This document shows, one piece after another, positions 62,301-64,000 of a stretch of 64,000 nt of DNA. Numbering within the stretch: the first letter of the stretch is position 1; each line of letters starts with the position of its first letter. The translations under genes were made by a program, and so were the position numbers. The stretch is from the IMG/VR virus record IMGVR_UViG_3300035510_000286, positions 64,001 to 128,000 of that record, one strand, 5' to 3'. A model generated the notes under the pieces. That model was given only the letters and a program-made list of their open reading frames with translations. It was not told where the DNA came from and searched no databases. This DNA is from a virus. Lineage: Duplodnaviria > Caudoviricetes.

Positions 62301-63651
62301 TCAAAGGCAAGACCGTGAAAGAAAAGTGTCTAAAAAACCAAAAAATATACGAGTAATAAAACTTTCTACTCAAGAAAGTAAAGATTTTTCTTCTTACGCC
62401 GAAGCAGAAAGATACTTTAATATAAAACCTCGCAGTTTTAGCTCAAAAGCGTATAAAAGAGGAAATGAATTTACTTATAAAGATGAATATAAAATTATTA
62501 AAATATATTAAAAACCTGTATCGACTATCCCTGATGAATGTATGGGAGTAGGGCTGGAGATAAGCACCAGCGATGTTTTAGGAAACGAAGCATCTGAAAA
62601 CCGAAGCGGAAGACTACTTAGTCACAAGTAGAAGATATAGTCAGTACTAATGGTAACATTAGATAAAATGTGTAGAACAGCTAACGGCTACGACATCAAT
62701 GGGTTCGGCCAGCTAAAAGATGGCCGTGGTAATATTTGCCCCGTAACTATTATTATGCCCACTTTAGCTATGGAAGCAAAAGAAGAATATGATGGAACCA
62801 CTGAGGACGCTCCAGATAAGATAAGCTTATTTATGAATCTTCTTGATGAAAAAATCCATGAAGCTAAAGATATGCTCATTGAGCGATTTGAATATATTTG
62901 CTCTCAATCTCCAGCCAGCGCCAAGTTTATGTATAGAAATCATGTTATGGCAGGGTATAATCCAGAAGAAGGCATTAGAAGCGCGTTAAAACATGGGACT
63001 CTGGCTATTGGCCAAATTGGATTAGCTGAAACACTTCAAATTTTAATCGGTTGTGACCAAACAACAGATAAAGGAATGGAATTAGCCAAACGGATTGAAC
63101 AATTATTTAAAGATAGGTGCGCGGAATTTAAGAAAAATTATAAACTTAATTTTGGTGTATATTTTACTCCGGCAGAAAATTTAGCTTATACTTCTATGAA
63201 AAAGTTCCAGGAAAAATATGGTAAAATTCCTAATGTAAGTGAAAATGATTATTTCACAAATTCTATTCATACGCCGGTATGGAAACAAGTTTCTGTATTT
63301 GAAAAAATTGATATTGAATCTCAGCTTACTGGATATTCTTCGGCTGGATGTATTACTTATGTAGAATTAGATTCTAGTGCAAAGCATAACCCAGAAGCTT
63401 TAGAGATTATTGTAAATTATGCAATGGATCACGATATACCTTATTTCGCGATCAATGTCCCCAATGATACTTGCTTAGATTGCGGATACACCGATGAAAT
63501 GGATGATTCTTGTCCTATGTGCGGCGGCCAGAATATTCAGCGCCTACGTAGAGTTACTGGATATTTAACAGGTGATTATAAGAGTGCTTTTAACCTCGGC
63601 AAGCAGCAGGAAACTGAAATGAGAACTAAACACGTAGGAGTGAGAGAATGA
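59386..63651 (+). CDS. nrdD: anaerobic ribonucleoside-triphosphate reductase, join(59386..61545,62671..63651), containing an intein
   Basis: ATP cone, IYIHDLD, splicing gives STMG-CRT, GRGN, TPAE, YFTNS, RRVTGYL. Confidence 0.94.
59902..60813 (+). mobile_element. 304-aa intein with a LAGLIDADG domain, in NrdD
   Basis: GMHN|CCARET...TANHRW...LGFVLGDG...DGLYCADG...VWCLQVENTHSFVLPNGITTGN|CLSVP. Confidence 0.92.
61546..62670 (+). mobile_element. group I intron in nrdD with a GIY-YIG ORF
   Basis: P1 AUGGGU/GCUCAU; GCTAACGGT, GACCGTGG, GTATCGACTA, AAGATATAGTC; terminal G. Confidence 0.9.
61732..62511 (+). CDS. intron-encoded GIY-YIG endonuclease with TAG codons
   Basis: MFIYKITN...VYIG(TAG)TI; AEQYWI; GYNET. 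Confidence 0.85.
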
Positions 63652-64000
63652 GATATGCAGGGATTATACGAAATGACATAGCCTCAGCCCCAGGTATATG
63701 TTTAACTTATTTCGCTCAAGGATGTAAATCTAAGTGTAAAGGATGCCACAATCCAGAAACTTGGTACTTCAACGAAGGTAAGGAATTTACTCAAGAGACA
63801 CTTAATTCTATTATCTCTGGGCTTACTGCTAATGGTGTATCTCGTTCATTAGCAATTCAAGGCGGGGAACCGCTTTGTGAAGAAAATCAATTCCTTACAA
63901 ACCTCATTATAACAGAAGTAAGAAAAGTGTATCCAGATATAAAAATATATTTATGGACTGGATATTTATATGAAGATTTATTAAATAATTTAACCACGCA
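63648..64000 (+). CDS. nrdG: anaerobic RNR activating protein, partial
   Basis: QGCKSKCKGCHNPETW, GGEPL, IWTGY; ATGA overlap with nrdD. Confidence 0.92.
   Translation, partial: MRYAGIIRNDIASAPGICLTYFAQGCKSKCKGCHNPETWYFNEGKEFTQETLNSIISGLTANGVSRSLAIQGGEPLCEENQFLTNLIITEVRKVYPDIKIYLWTGYLYEDLLNNLTT

Overview
This 64 kb window comes from a large, AT-rich bacteriophage. Its sigmaA-type promoters, strong GGAGG ribosome-binding sites and SLH-bearing amidase suggest a Firmicutes (Bacillota) host. Almost all genes lie on the + strand. The phage appears to use a recoded genetic code in which TAG is read as Gln (table 15). In-frame TAGs fall in conserved motifs such as GIY-YIG 'YIG*T', amidase 'GK*CPG', RecJ 'TP*III' and fibre 'LG*GYATC', and a CUA-anticodon tRNA lies at 16207-16281. 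From left to right the window holds: an RHH-RHH-Rep-like module with iteron-like repeats (candidate origin); small early genes; two tRNA clusters with several structurally atypical tRNAs and interspersed unexplained structured RNAs, including a repeated TAGAYRC-NN-ACAGCAA...GYRTCTAG stem family; fibre-like structural genes; a radical SAM/SPASM enzyme coupled to a 24-Cys protein; a Ro60/TROVE-like vWA protein with RNA-repair enzymes; a PhoH/endolysin/holin unit; and a replication module (type II topoisomerase, ligase, ThyX-like, AAA ATPase, DnaB, primase, RecJ, RecD-like, DnaE, Gmk, NrdD/NrdG). Five group I introns and one intein interrupt replication genes, and all five predicted splice junctions restore frame and conserved motifs. 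All assignments come from reading motifs by eye; no searches were run.
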